From assembly GCA_973895155.1 (NCBI GenBank), contig OZ316899.1:5211241-5275240 (forward strand): a DNA stretch of 64,000 nucleotides, in the 5' to 3' direction. Under the pieces are notes generated by a model. The model did not search any database and was not told where the DNA came from. It worked only from the letters and a program-made list of their open reading frames with translations. This document shows positions 13,004-25,007 of the stretch, piece by piece. Origin of the DNA: Marsupella aquatica (lineage: Eukaryota > Plantae > Marchantiophyta). Position 1 is the stretch's first letter. Every line of letters begins with the position of its first letter. The translations under genes and the position numbers were made by a program.

Positions 13004-13021
13004 TGGCGCTAGATGGAGGGG
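13004..13021 (+). promoter_or_regulatory. primer binding site, tRNA-Asn type
   Basis: TGGCGCTAGATGGAGGGG has one mismatch to the complement of the plant tRNA-Asn 3' end (from memory). It lies 13 nt after the LTR. Confidence 0.8.
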
Positions 13022-13119
13022 GCACTCTACGTGTAGTAGAGGGGAGACATGTGCGGGTGCACCTGGGCTGAATACACCAGGCCCGTGTGAGTTACTAACC
13101 ATCGCATGTATATGAGTAA

Positions 13120-15661
13120 ATGCCTGTCACTCGTTCTCAAGCAGCTTACTTGAGGAGATTGACTAGTGAACGAGAGAGTGCAATCACAGCAAGCTCCGAC
13201 TCTTCAGGATCGGAGGATTCGCAATCACCTTGGCAAATGAACATACCACCAGGACCCTCGGGGTCTGGTCCAACCGGTCCTGCTGCACCACCGCCAGCAC
13301 CGCCACCGCCACTAGTACCTATGGCAGCCGCCCCACCGATGGCCCGCGCTGCCCAAGCTCCTCCACAAATATCGCAATGATCGCGGTTTCATTATCGACC
13401 TTTCAAAGGGCGTCATGGGGATGATCCGGATGAATGGTTGGATGAGGTTGAAGCCACTGCTAAGGCTAACGGGGAAGACGCCATTAAGCTAACCATCCTC
13501 CCTGGAGTGATGCGGGGAGAATCTTGTTCATGGTACAACTCGCTGCCACCCGGTACTACATGGGCACAATTCCAAGCTGCGTTGCTGCAAGAATTTTGTG
13601 CTATTGGATCCGAGCAACGCTCTTTATTAAAGATCGGCCAACTTTGCATGGGAAAAAAAGAGTCCCTACGAAAGTTCATTCAGAAGTTTCAGAAACTTGC
13701 TGCCAAGATACGGCCCAGGCCGGGTGACGCACTCCAGCTTACATGGTTCCTCCATGGTTTGCCCACGAATATGCAATTTTGGGTGCGCCAGAATAACCCA
13801 ATTTCAATGCAAGCAACCATAGCGTGCGCCAAAACCTACCGGGAGTCCACCTATAACTCCCGGCGAAGCCAGCGGGCACGCCGCAAGAAGGGCAAGTACG
13901 AGACCTTCAGTGACAGTGACTCCAAATCAGACGACGAGAAGAAGAAGAAACGCAAGAAGAAGAAGAAACATTGTTTGACCTCGTCCAGTTTGGAGACAAA
14001 ATCTAGTTTGGATTTAACTTCGAACAGCGAGTCCTCCACCTCCAGCTCATCGGGAAGTGATTCGGAGAGCAAGAACCGGAGCAAGAAGAAGAAAAGGAGA
14101 GTTAAGGAGGGGAAAATCAAATCCCGTGCTCAAAGAACGATACCCGATCTGAAGGCTGCCAAAGCAGACAAGCTTAACAAAATCACAGATCGCCTCAAAG
14201 CACTGTCAGTACATCTCGCGGAAAAGCCGGTGGAGAAGAAGAAGCCATCTGAGATTCGAGCCCATGCGTGATGTTCAAAGTGCTTCCAATCCAGGCATGT
14301 CGTGCAAGAATGCCCAAGATGGAAGAACCGAGTTCACCAGGTGGAATTAGATGATGTCGACAACCCGAGACCTGAAGCGGAGTCCACGGAGTATTTCTTT
14401 GAAGACCCTCCTGATTTGGTGTACCAGATTTCAACGGTGGGTCCGCGTAACTTAGCAGGTAGAATTGCATACCCCTACCCAAACAATGGCCAAAGTTTCC
14501 AAGTTATCAGTAACCCTAGCATTCCCCCTAAACCAGGGATTTGGCGATCCCCGGTTTATTACAACTGTGAGAAACCAGGCCACTTTGCGAGGGAATGCAC
14601 ATAACCAAGATGCCAGGGGGATGGCCGTGGCATGCCACTATGTCAAGTCTGCAAAATGGAAGCTCATTCCACGGCCAATTGTCCATTGGTAATAGCGGCT
14701 CGAACAAATGGAGCAAGACCAGCCCAGGGCGGACCGGCCACAAGCGATGCAGTCATCCAAATGATTGATGTGGAATGACAAGATGACAACACCGAGTGGG
14801 TGAATCTGGTGGACGTGGCAGAGCACCCTAATCCATCTGACGAGGCTGAGTGCTACCAAGTGTCAACAAGAGCCGAACGGAAGGAAGAGAAGCAAGAGGA
14901 GAAATGCAAGAAAAAGCAAGATACTACTCCGGTGCAGCCAGCGATAGACATACCCCCAGAGAAAGACGATGACTATCGTCGGGACGACCCGAAGCTATTT
15001 TTCCCCCGCATCGAAGAAATGGTAAAGAAACAGCTGGAGGCCTACGAAGCTCAGGAATACCAGAAGGCAATCGATAAGGACATCAAAGCAGCTGAAGCCG
15101 CCCGACGACAGGAGCAAGAAAAGCAAGAAAAGCAGGAGGAGGAACTCCAGCAACAGCCAAAGGAAGAAAAGAAGGAGGACTATGATATTAAGGAAGACGT
15201 GAAGAGTTGCCCGGTTACAGCAACAGTAGGACAACTGCTACAAAACAATCCACAGTACCGACGGCAACTGAGGGAGTTGCTTACGGGTCGACGACGGAGG
15301 CGACTACCCCGTGTTGGGATCGCGGATTGCAACATGATATGCGAGGACCTGGGAGCGCCGGACATCTCGATTGAGATTAATAATTGTACCATCAAGATGG
15401 TTCTCGTGGATGGAGGAGCGGGCGTCAACATCATGACTGAAGAAACATCAGTCAAGTTAGGATACCTCACGTATCAACCCACGGCACGAGCTATCAGATT
15501 AGCAAACGGGGCAAGGGTCCTTCCATTAGGCACACTCACACGGGTGCTCACTCTGGTGGGAGGGGTGGAGTTCTATCTCAACTTCCTAGTCATGAGGCCG
15601 GTTCGGCCCTCCTCTTATCCGGTCCTCCTAGGCAGGCCGTGGCTGTACGGTGGCCGTGTAG
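13120..15661 (+). pseudogene. element A gag-protease (degenerate), interrupted by element B
   Basis: MPVTRSQ start, gag core, Ser/Lys-rich tract, zinc knuckles, protease VLVDGGAGVN..LLGRPWL. Colinear with the B polyprotein. Confidence 0.9.
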
Positions 15662-18600
15662 TGTCAAACACTTGCCAAGGAGCTTAAGCGGCTTTTCTCC
15701 CCAAAAGACTACCTAATACCTGCTCCATGTCATACCAGGGTCACAAAGGATTGACAAAACTTCTGAAGTGTGCTTACAATGTCCAATCACTCCATACATA
15801 AGTAGTTTCAACTCTCCACTTCTAGAGAGGTAGTCCCCTTGACTACTTTTGTACTCACCCCTTCCCCTCTCCTCTACTCCAAGGATCAGCAAGGGGGATC
15901 TCCGCTCCAAGCTGTCACCTTAGAGTAGATTCTCACACAAACACCCAAGAACCCAAAGTACTTTCCTCTTCAAGCTTAAGTCTCCTCAAGACCCTCAAAG
16001 TAGTGTTACCCCTCAACCTTGCCCCCCTGGCCTTGGTTTGGGTCCACACATCCCCTTTGAGCCCTAGAGAAGGCTCCTCTATCTAAGGACTCTTCCTCTT
16101 GTTCTTACTTCTTGTTAACACCACACACCAAGCAAAGTACTTTCCACCCTCAAGCTATAATCCTCTCTAAGTCTCAAAGTAATGCTATACCTTAACCTTG
16201 CCTCCTTGGCCTTGGTTTTGTACTAGCACATCCCCTTCAAGCTTAGACCAAGATTATACCATAGCATGGACTCTTCTCTTGCTCTCATATACTTCAAATG
16301 CACTCACACTTAATGGTCACAATGAAGATTGGTAAGTCTCCTTTTATTGCATCACCTTTACAACAAAAGTTCACTACACATTCTCCACACTAAGCATGGA
16401 CCACCTCTCCTTTCTCAAGCTTAGCCCTACCTTGGCAAGGTAGAGATTTCACTTAAGAGATGAGACTCCCGGTCCCTAACAAATGAAAACTTCCTCCTTA
16501 TATACTATCTCCTTCCACATCACACCAAGCTTGACCTGGGGTCCAACTATACCTCCCCCAAGTCCTCCTAACACACAAAGTCCAACTCTATAGTTCATAG
16601 CCCACCCTACTACTTGCTATTTTGCCTCCTTCCAAGCCCTGGAATATGCCACACATGAGTGGTATGCTTTGACTTCCAAACCTACTCCCACTTATGGTCC
16701 TCCTCACCAGCTTACCAACCCACTTGAAATCTCGCAAAAAGAGTGAGTGAGTCTCAAGTTGTGCCTAGTCAAAGTTGGCCTTATTTTACTTGTAACCCCT
16801 TTACTACCCTAAGTAAACTACCCCCTATATTTACTTTTCTTAACTTGATGGCCTTACACCTTTGGCCAAAGGTAAGTACCCTTCTCTAGAGCCTAACTCA
16901 AGTGGTATGGGTGCAAGAAAGGTCAGCCCCTAAATCTGGTATTCATTCCCCTATGCCGACTTTGGTTTGCAAGTTGTCGGGACTCCCTCGTGGCCTCGGT
17001 TAAAAATATATTTGAGTGATTACTTTTCTGGGGTTCCACCTTCACCAGGGGGTGCCTTATCTTCCCCTAACTCAGCACAAAAAAATTTGGGCCCCAACGG
17101 ATACCTCTAGCCAAAGTTATGCCCATTCTCCCAAGGCCTGTTTTTGGTGTAAAGCGGGTGTAAGCGGCGGCCCGATTACACTTACCTTACATGCCCCTTA
17201 TGGGGATTCCACGTGTCATGAGGGGAGAGCACTCTCATTATACTCATGTTTCTTATGAAGAAATTGTAAGGACAGCAATGTTTGCAGCCATTTCTCTCTC
17301 GTGAATTCAATCTAAAACCACAGCATTCTCTATTGGATTCTTTCTTGTGCAGCAGTCCAGCTGATCAGCCGCCAGCCCCTCAATTTCACAGCCACCATAG
17401 CTCACAGCCAGCCTAGTCAATTTCGCAGCTAGCCCACCTCTTCAATTTTGCCGCTAGCAACACAGTCAATTTCGCAGCTAGCAGCACAGTCACATCAGCG
17501 CATTTACAGCACAACAACAGCAGATTTGAAGCACAGCAGCAGCAACCATAGCTTGATTCCTTCTCAGTCAAGCAGGTCTCTCTTCTCAATTTCGTAGCTG
17601 CCCACCTTTGCAATTTCGCAGCTAGCAGCAGCATCATTCAATTCAGCAGCATCAAGGCAGCAGCCAGCCAATTCTCATGAGCATCTCGTGCCTGATTAGT
17701 AGGAGCACCTCTAATCTAGTGTGCAGCTGTCATAGCAGCAAGCAGCCTTCCCAATTCAAAGCCAGCAGCGATCCTAATTTGCAGCCATAGCTCTTTTCCT
17801 TCTCAGCAGCCATAGCTTCTTCAATCAGCAACAGCCCTTGCTTCTTCAATCAGCAGCAGCCATTTCAATTCAGCCGCCCTTCCTTCAATTCAGCCGCCCT
17901 TCCTTCAATTCAGCCGCCCTTGTGCTCAATTGATTCCTCAAGTAATCATGCAGCACCTTTGGACAGCCTCCCGGTGCTTGACGTCCTCACCAGCCTCGTG
18001 CTTGCTCCTCCTTGCCTCGTGCTCGCTCCTCCTTGCCTCGTGCTCGCCGCGTGATCGTCGCCCACGCGGTTTACACTTAGAAAAAAATACATTTTTTTTT
18101 GGAAAAACAGCATTTTGGGGCGATTTTGGACCCCCCTCCAAAACTCACACATAAGTCCAAAAGGACTTCTGAGTAGCTCCACTGATTCTATGGACATAGG
18201 ACTATGTCCGGGTTTACTAAGATATAAACAAAACCCTATAACAACTTTTCTAAAATTAGGCAAAGAGGGTCAAGTCTTTATGTCTTCCAAAATTCTTCTC
18301 AACTTTGAGATGCTCCCAAAAAGTAACCAAGTGTGACAAAGTTGTCCCACAAGTTTCTAGGGATAGAGGGGACCATACTTAACCCACTTCCAAACTTGGA
18401 ACCCCTACATTTACCCATCAGCTATTTTTCCCGGGACCCGCTATTTGGTAACTTTGATTTTTGCCAAAATACTTATAACTCCTAGGTTAAGACCCCACTT
18501 GACTTCATACTTTTTCAGGGTTCCCTAGGGACCTCCCAGCACCCATGGGAGAAATATCAGCCAAAAATAAGATGTCCGGTGTCGGGTCATTTTTCGGTCC

Positions 18601-18844
18601 CGACTTAGTCGCCTATTATAACTAAGGACGGACTAGTTTCCTGCCCCTCCTATAGTAACTTGCTTACCCCTAGATAACTTTGCATAACTAAATTCCCTCT
18701 TACCTCTACTAAGCTTCCCTTCTTACTTAAGTGCCCTAAACCTAGCTACTCTGATAGCACTAAAACTTTTTCCCTAACTATTTCCTCTTCTAAACGAAAG
18801 AATGTCATGTTTCTCTACACTAGCTGACACTGAGCCATCCCACA
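15662..18844 (-). repeat. element B LTR (3183 bp), 3'-most copy
   Basis: Minus strand TGTGGGATG...TTTGACA, preceded by the PPT. Candidate TATATAA at 16498-16504 (-) and AATAAA near 16345 (-). Confidence 0.97.
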
Positions 18845-18857
18845 TAGCCCCCTACTT
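18845..18857 (-). promoter_or_regulatory. PPT of B (second copy at 28191-28203)
   Basis: AAGTAGGGGGCTA directly before TG on the minus strand. Confidence 0.85.
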
Positions 18858-18884
18858 AAGTGTGCAGCGTCCCCGCAAACACAC

Positions 18885-21800
18885 TTATTCCTGATTAAAG
18901 TACCTTTTCAACCTATCATGATGCACTCTAGTAGGGAACACCTCTCCTTCAAGAGTAGCAAGCTGAATTGACCCATTAGCATAAACCTGGTGAACAACAT
19001 AAGGACCCAACCACCGAGTATGCAACTTGCCTGGAAAATGAGCATACCTACTGTCATAGAGTAATACCAGTTGTCCAGCAAGTAAAGAAGTTGGCTTCTT
19101 CAACTTCTTGTCATGATGTTGCTTCACTTGAGCTTGCTTCTTCTTCACTTGCTTGCTTGCCTCTTCCCGGATTTCCTCCAACTCCTCCAGCTGGTAAGCT
19201 CTCTCCATTAAACTCTGGTCAGCCTCCATTCTCTCCTCCACACTTACCCTCAAAGTAGGCACTTCAAACTCAACAGGTACAAGGGAGTGTTGTCCAAATA
19301 CTAGGTAGAAAGGACTATGGCCGGTTGTGGTCTTGAAAGCAAGGTTGTAGGAGTACACAGCTGAGTATAATTTGTCATCCCAATCAGTCTTGTGTGCCGC
19401 CACGGTTTTGTTCAAGATCTTGCCAATGATGCCATTAGCTCTCTCCGTTAATCCATTGGCCTTGGGGTGATAGGGGGTGGTCTTCCTATGCTTAATCAAG
19501 TAATGGTTAGTGAGCTCCTCCACAACTTCATTCAAGAAGTGAGTCCCCCTATCACTAACCAGCTCTAGAGGTGGCCCAAATCTGGTAAAAATCTGTTGAT
19601 ACATGAACCTTGCTACTGTGAGAGCATTATCCTTGCTGGTTGGTCTTGCCTCTACCCACTTAGTAGCATAATCAGTTGCAAGAAGGATGTATCGATTCCT
19701 TCTAGACCTGGTCACAGGAGTGATGGGACCTATGAAATCTATACCCCACTTCTCAAAAGGTGCAAGAGGTAAGATGGTGGTAAGAGGGTGATGCCTTGAG
19801 TGAGCTGGCTTACCTGTCCTTTGGCAAGGGTCACATCCCCTCACAAAAAGACTTACATCCTTATGAAGTGTTGGCCACCAATACCCTGCATCAAGAATTT
19901 TCCTTGCTGTTGTTGCACTTGCATAATGGCCACCAGCCTCCTCCTCATGCATAGCTCTCATCACAATGGAGATTTCCTTCTTCTCCAAACACCTCCTTAG
20001 TCTCCCATCAACTCCTTCCTTGTGAAGGACACCCTTCACCAATAAGTAAGGTCTGATTTTTCTCAGGAAAACAGCAGCCTCCTCTTGGTTCAAATCTCTT
20101 GGTAGCCGGGTTGTGAGAAGAAATTGGATGATATCCAAATACCATGTATCTCCTCCACTTCCCACATGAAAGAGGTCTTCATCTGGAAACTGATCATCCA
20201 CCTCCTTCAAGTCCTCTTCTCCTTCAATCCTTGAGAAGAAGTCTGCATTCCCATGCTTCTTACCAGGCCTGACCCTCACCTCATAATCAAACTCTTGGAG
20301 CAACAAGATCCACCTTGCCACTCTACCAGTTACATCAGGTTTATTCACCATATACTTGAGAGCATTGTGATCAGTATGAAAGACCACCTTATAGCCCAAC
20401 AAGTAGTGCCTAAACTTCTTACAAGAGTAGATGATTCCTAGAGCTTCTCTATCGGTTGGTGAGTAATTCTTTTCAGCTGGTGCCAATAGTCTACTTGCAA
20501 AGTAGATAGGGTGATCCCTATTCTGGTCATCAAGTTGACTAAGCACCACACCAATACAAAAGCCAGACACATCCACATACACATGAAATTCTCTACTCCA
20601 ATCTGGTGCTATCAAGATAGGGGCTTCAACCAACCTGTTCTTCAACTCCTGAAAACTTGCTAGCCTCTCAACTGAGGGTTCAACCTCAGCCCCCTTCTTA
20701 AGCATGCTGGTTAGGGGTAAAGCTACTTTAGCAAAGTCCTTAATGAACCTTCTATAGTAGTTTAAACATCCCAAGAATCCCCTCAACTCTGTCACTGAAG
20801 TTGGAAACTTGACAGCCATCCAAACAGCAACCTTCTCTTGGTCCACTTCTATGCCCTTCTTGGATACCTTGTGGCCAAGTAGTATCCCTTCTTCCACACC
20901 AAAGAAGCACTTCCCTGGGTGAAGCTTCAAACCAACTTCCCTACATCTTTGGAAGGTCATCCTCAAATGTTCAACATGGTCCTTCCCCCTTCCAAAAACA
21001 GCAAAGTCATCTATGAATACTTCCAAGAACTTTCTCAAGTAGTCATGAAAGATATTCATCATCAACCTTTGGAACATACCAGGGGCATTACAAAGACCAA
21101 AAGGCATCCTCCGAAAGGCATAAATCCCCCACTCAGTAGTAAAGGCTGTCTTCAACTGGTCCTCCTTCCTTATCCAAATCTGGTTGTAACCTGAGTACCC
21201 ATCTAGGAAGCTATACACTTCCCAACCAGCTACTAAATCAAGTACCATATCAGTAAATGGAATGGGATAGTGGTCCTTCTTAGTGGCCTCATTGAGTTTC
21301 CTAAAGTCTTGGCAAACTCGGATCTTAGGCTTACCATCCAAGCCTGGTTTCTTTGGTACTATGACAATTGGAGAAACCCACTCACTATTCAACACAGGAT
21401 AGATGAAACCTGCTTCCAGCAATTTGTCTATCTCTTCCTTCACCATCAAGGAGTACTTGGGATTCATCCGATATTGCCTTTGTCTCACAGGTGAAGCTCC
21501 TAGCATCAAGTCGATTCTATGCTCACCAAGTTCAGGGTTTACACCAGTAAGATCCAAGTGACTCCAAGCAAACACATCCACATATTCACCTAGCAAATCT
21601 TGGATAGTTTTCTCTTCACCTGATCCCAGGGCATTTCCCAAGTTGAAGGTCTTGTCTTGCTGGACAGAGATGGTTCTGTACTGCTCAGCTCGAATCACCT
21701 CCATCTTGTTCCTCATTGTGGAGTCAAAAGTGCCCTCAAGTTGTGCCAACCTCATGCCTCCATAGACGGGTGCATTTTCAGCACTTAACTCCTCCTTCTC

Positions 21801-24800
21801 CTTGCTTGAATGCTGGTCTTCCTGAGTCTCATCCTCCTCTGAGTTTGCAGCCTTCAATTGGTCCTCTAGCTCCTTTATCTTGAGCTTTAACAAGGCTAAG
21901 TGCTTAGCCTTTAACCTCTGGTCATTACTCCTTGTCTTGATCTCAACTTGGGCAACACCCTTGCTGGTCTGATCAACCTCCTGAGCCATTGTGATAGTGT
22001 CTTCTTGGTTGCTCTCCTTGGCTGAGGTCTCAGCCTGCTTCACCTCCTCGAGACTGGTCACTTCACTGAGACTGGGCAGAGGTGAATGGCTGGTAAGAGC
22101 CTCCTGCTCTTGCTCCTCTCCAAACACTTCTTCTTCAGTCCATTGGCTCACCATGTTCAACATGTATACCTCATCCTCATCAGATTCAGATTTGGTACTC
22201 AACTCATCGGAAAGTTCAGAATCATATTCATCCAACTCATCAGTAGTCTCTCCTTGATGCTTGTCATGACCCCATGAAACTGAAGTGGCTGGTTTGCCAA
22301 ACCTAAACTCCTTCTTGCCCCAATCAGACACTACTTTGGCTCCATATAGCCAAGGCCTCCCAATCAAGATTGGGTAAGTAGATGGCCTTGCTGGTCTCAT
22401 CACCAAGTAATTCAACAAGAACTCCTGCCCCCCAATGAGAGTAGGTACTTGAGTAAGTGTCCCCACCGGTAGCACTCTTGCTCCATTTGCTAGCCTCATT
22501 GTCCTTGCTGTTGGCTGAAGTTTCTTGAAACCTAGTTGTTGGGCAGTAGCCTCAATCATGATATTCACACCTGAGCCTCCATCAACTGGTACATACGAGA
22601 GTACACACCCATTTACTTGAACATCAATCTCAGGTGCTCCAAGGTCTTCACAAACCATCATCACATCAGCTGGGGTACCAACCTTTGGAAGCTTCCTTCT
22701 TCTCCTTCCTACCAACATCTCCTTCAGTTGCCTCCTATACAAAGGGTTGTCTTTGATCAGCTGCCCCACTGTAGCAGTAACCAAACAATCTTTCACATCC
22801 TTCTTGATGTCATAAGAGGGTACCTTGCTGGTCTCTTTCTTCTCTTCCACCTCAGCTTTTTCCTTCAAAGCTTTAGCAACCTTCAGGTCTTTGTTGATGG
22901 CCTCTTGATGCTCCTTAGCCTCCATCTCCTCTAGTTGCCTCTTGACTTCCTCATTCACCTTGGGATAGAAGAGCTTCGGATGGTCTCTCTTGTAGTCACT
23001 ATCTTCAGCTGGTGGGACTTGAACTTCTGCTCCAACTTCAACTTCGATTGGTGACTCCGTTGAGTGCTCCTTTCTCTCCTTCCTCTTCTTCCTCTCTTCC
23101 ACTCTTTCCTTCTTTCTTGTGGACCTGGTAGACACCTTGTAACACACAGCTTCCTCCTCAGGTGTCTCCATTCCTGGTAGATCTGGCTGGTTCTCCCCAC
23201 CAGCAACTTGTGTCACTCCATCTTTGGCCTCCTCTTGCCACTCCATACTCAAGAAGTTCACTGTGGCTTCACCGGGAGCCTTGGCAACCGCTGGTGGTGG
23301 TGCTTCTATCCTTCCTATCATCATCTTGGCAGCAGATCCAATAGGACAGTTGGCTGTGGTATGACCCTCCCTTTTGCACACAGCACAAAGAGGATAGGGA
23401 GCTCCTTGTCCCTGCCTCCTTGGTTCGGGGCAACTGTTGGAATAGTGCCCTGGTTTTTGACAGTTCCAGCAGATCACCACGGTAGTTCTTGCCACTCCCC
23501 CAGGTCCTTGAGGTCCCATTTGATCCACCATCCTTGGTTGAAGACCAGGCATCAGTTGAGGTGCCATGGGTGGAGCTGGTCTTCCTTGCAAAGTTCTTGG
23601 GCCTCCTGAAATCTGGTACACCATCTCCGGGGCTTCTTCATAGAAGTAGTCCACCACTTCACTTGCTTGATAAACATCGTTGGACTCTTCATTGACATAC
23701 TGAACTTGATTCCTCCAACCTTGACACTCTTGAGGTGTATGGCCAAAACTCTTGCACTTGACACACCATACATGGGCTCTATTCACCGGCACTTTTCTCC
23801 TATCAGGTTGCACACCAGCAAAGTGAACTGATAGGGCCTTGAGTTGGTTGGTGATCTCACTCATCTTGTTATCCATCACCTTCTTCTCCTTGGTTGCTGG
23901 TGTAGAACCTTCCACCAAGTTGAAGGTTGCAGATTTGTGGTGCTTACCACCTGGCTTCTTCTTGCTGGCTCTCCTCTTCTGGTCGCTTTTTCTCTTTGCC
24001 TTCTTCTTCTTCTTCTTCTTCTTCTTCTCGGAGTCCTCCTCAGAATCAGATTCTGAATCAGAACTGGAACTACTCTCCTCAGATTCCGACTCAGAAGTAT
24101 CCTCAACTGAACTACTTGATTCACTTGAGCTAGAAGAAGAATCACTATAAGCAAATCGCTTCTTCTTTCTCCTACTCTTGGAACTAGAGATCTCAGCACT
24201 CCTATAAGACTGAGCCGCCTCAATGGCCTCATCCAACGTATTAGGGTGAGATTGCCTTACTGAGACACCCATCTTCTTGGGTAGGCTTGCCACAAACCAA
24301 GCCAACAACATGGAGTCTACTGGTCTGGGGTCAAGCTTGGTAGCTAACCTTTGAAACCTTTGCAGAAACCTCCTTACTGACTCCTTGGATCCCATTCTGA
24401 TCTCTCCCATCTTGATCAGAGCTTCCGATTCTTCTCCCACCTTCCTAAACTCCTGCAAGAATGCTAGCTTGAAGGCATCCCAATCATTCTTGATGGCATT
24501 TGATAGGCTATTGAACCAAGGTCTTGCTTCTCCTCTCAAGACCCCCGCCAAAGTGGTCAACTTAATATCAAACTCTCCATTGGCTTGGGCTGTCCCAATG
24601 AAGTCCTCCAACCAAGCATCAGGATCCTCCTTGGGCTTGCCATGGAATGTCTTGTACTGAAATCTTGCTCTTTGAGTCACCACCATGGCTGCTTCTTGAT
24701 CTTCACTTGTGTTGGTAGTGGAAGAAGATGTATCACTCCACCCTACACCAGGTTCCGCTTCAGCTTGCAAATGAATGTCCACCCAATCTGGTTGCTCCAA

Positions 24801-24863
24801 CTGGTCACCAAAGTTGAAACTAAGAGAGGCTTCTTTTAGTGCTTGACTCCTTGTAGTGGGCAT
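18885..24863 (-). CDS. intact Gag-Pol polyprotein of B, copy 1 (~1992 aa from ATG MPTTRSQ)
   Basis: Single ORF with gag, three CCHC knuckles, protease VDGGSG, RT MPFGL..FIDD, RNase H, and HHCC plus DDE integrase. The ATG was chosen by homology to MPVTRSQ in A. Confidence 0.97.
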   Translation of the reverse strand: MPTTRSQALKEASLSFNFGDQLEQPDWVDIHLQAEAEPGVGWSDTSSSTTNTSEDQEAAMVVTQRARFQYKTFHGKPKEDPDAWLEDFIGTAQANGEFDIKLTTLAGVLRGEARPWFNSLSNAIKNDWDAFKLAFLQEFRKVGEESEALIKMGEIRMGSKESVRRFLQRFQRLATKLDPRPVDSMLLAWFVASLPKKMGVSVRQSHPNTLDEAIEAAQSYRSAEISSSKSRRKKKRFAYSDSSSSSSESSSSVEDTSESESEESSSSSDSESDSEEDSEKKKKKKKKKAKRKSDQKRRASKKKPGGKHHKSATFNLVEGSTPATKEKKVMDNKMSEITNQLKALSVHFAGVQPDRRKVPVNRAHVWCVKCKSFGHTPQECQGWRNQVQYVNEESNDVYQASEVVDYFYEEAPEMVYQISGGPRTLQGRPAPPMAPQLMPGLQPRMVDQMGPQGPGGVARTTVVICWNCQKPGHYSNSCPEPRRQGQGAPYPLCAVCKREGHTTANCPIGSAAKMMIGRIEAPPPAVAKAPGEATVNFLSMEWQEEAKDGVTQVAGGENQPDLPGMETPEEEAVCYKVSTRSTRKKERVEERKKRKERKEHSTESPIEVEVGAEVQVPPAEDSDYKRDHPKLFYPKVNEEVKRQLEEMEAKEHQEAINKDLKVAKALKEKAEVEEKKETSKVPSYDIKKDVKDCLVTATVGQLIKDNPLYRRQLKEMLVGRRRRKLPKVGTPADVMMVCEDLGAPEIDVQVNGCVLSYVPVDGGSGVNIMIEATAQQLGFKKLQPTARTMRLANGARVLPVGTLTQVPTLIGGQEFLLNYLVMRPARPSTYPILIGRPWLYGAKVVSDWGKKEFRFGKPATSVSWGHDKHQGETTDELDEYDSELSDELSTKSESDEDEVYMLNMVSQWTEEEVFGEEQEQEALTSHSPLPSLSEVTSLEEVKQAETSAKESNQEDTITMAQEVDQTSKGVAQVEIKTRSNDQRLKAKHLALLKLKIKELEDQLKAANSEEDETQEDQHSSKEKEELSAENAPVYGGMRLAQLEGTFDSTMRNKMEVIRAEQYRTISVQQDKTFNLGNALGSGEEKTIQDLLGEYVDVFAWSHLDLTGVNPELGEHRIDLMLGASPVRQRQYRMNPKYSLMVKEEIDKLLEAGFIYPVLNSEWVSPIVIVPKKPGLDGKPKIRVCQDFRKLNEATKKDHYPIPFTDMVLDLVAGWEVYSFLDGYSGYNQIWIRKEDQLKTAFTTEWGIYAFRRMPFGLCNAPGMFQRLMMNIFHDYLRKFLEVFIDDFAVFGRGKDHVEHLRMTFQRCREVGLKLHPGKCFFGVEEGILLGHKVSKKGIEVDQEKVAVWMAVKFPTSVTELRGFLGCLNYYRRFIKDFAKVALPLTSMLKKGAEVEPSVERLASFQELKNRLVEAPILIAPDWSREFHVYVDVSGFCIGVVLSQLDDQNRDHPIYFASRLLAPAEKNYSPTDREALGIIYSCKKFRHYLLGYKVVFHTDHNALKYMVNKPDVTGRVARWILLLQEFDYEVRVRPGKKHGNADFFSRIEGEEDLKEVDDQFPDEDLFHVGSGGDTWYLDIIQFLLTTRLPRDLNQEEAAVFLRKIRPYLLVKGVLHKEGVDGRLRRCLEKKEISIVMRAMHEEEAGGHYASATTARKILDAGYWWPTLHKDVSLFVRGCDPCQRTGKPAHSRHHPLTTILPLAPFEKWGIDFIGPITPVTRSRRNRYILLATDYATKWVEARPTSKDNALTVARFMYQQIFTRFGPPLELVSDRGTHFLNEVVEELTNHYLIKHRKTTPYHPKANGLTERANGIIGKILNKTVAAHKTDWDDKLYSAVYSYNLAFKTTTGHSPFYLVFGQHSLVPVEFEVPTLRVSVEERMEADQSLMERAYQLEELEEIREEASKQVKKKQAQVKQHHDKKLKKPTSLLAGQLVLLYDSRYAHFPGKLHTRWLGPYVVHQVYANGSIQLATLEGEVFPTRVHHDRLKRYFNQE

Positions 24864-24969
24864 GCCACTCACAATCACCTTCTTATCTCCCTTCTTCTCT
24901 TGAACAGCAAACCTGCAAACACACCTCCAAGTCTTGTGGCTCCACTCCAACAAAAACTGTAAAGAGTTG

Positions 24970-24987
24970 TCCCCGGCAGCGGCGCCA
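24970..24987 (-). promoter_or_regulatory. PBS of B, tRNA-Asp type (second copy at 34316-34333)
   Basis: TGGCGCCGCTGCCGGGGA has one mismatch to the Athila-type tRNA-Asp PBS TGGCGCCGTTGCCGGGGA. It lies 20 nt from the LTR. Confidence 0.85.
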
Positions 24988-25007
24988 AAAACAAGGGTGG
25001 GACTCTA

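Noticed and set aside
13004-13021. tRNA gene
   Set aside because: Only the 18-nt PBS complement is present, with no cloverleaf. No tRNA, rRNA or CRISPR array was seen in the window.
15713-18336. Short ORFs (65-105 aa) in LTR B, repeated three times
   Set aside because: They recur only because the LTR is triplicated. They are low-complexity, lack motifs and do not join into a long frame.
19800-24839. Plus-strand ORFs opposite the B polyprotein
   Set aside because: Antisense shadows of the real CDS.
24864-24953. N-terminal 30 aa of the 2022-aa ORF call
   Set aside because: It starts at TTG, and homology with A points to the ATG at 24863.
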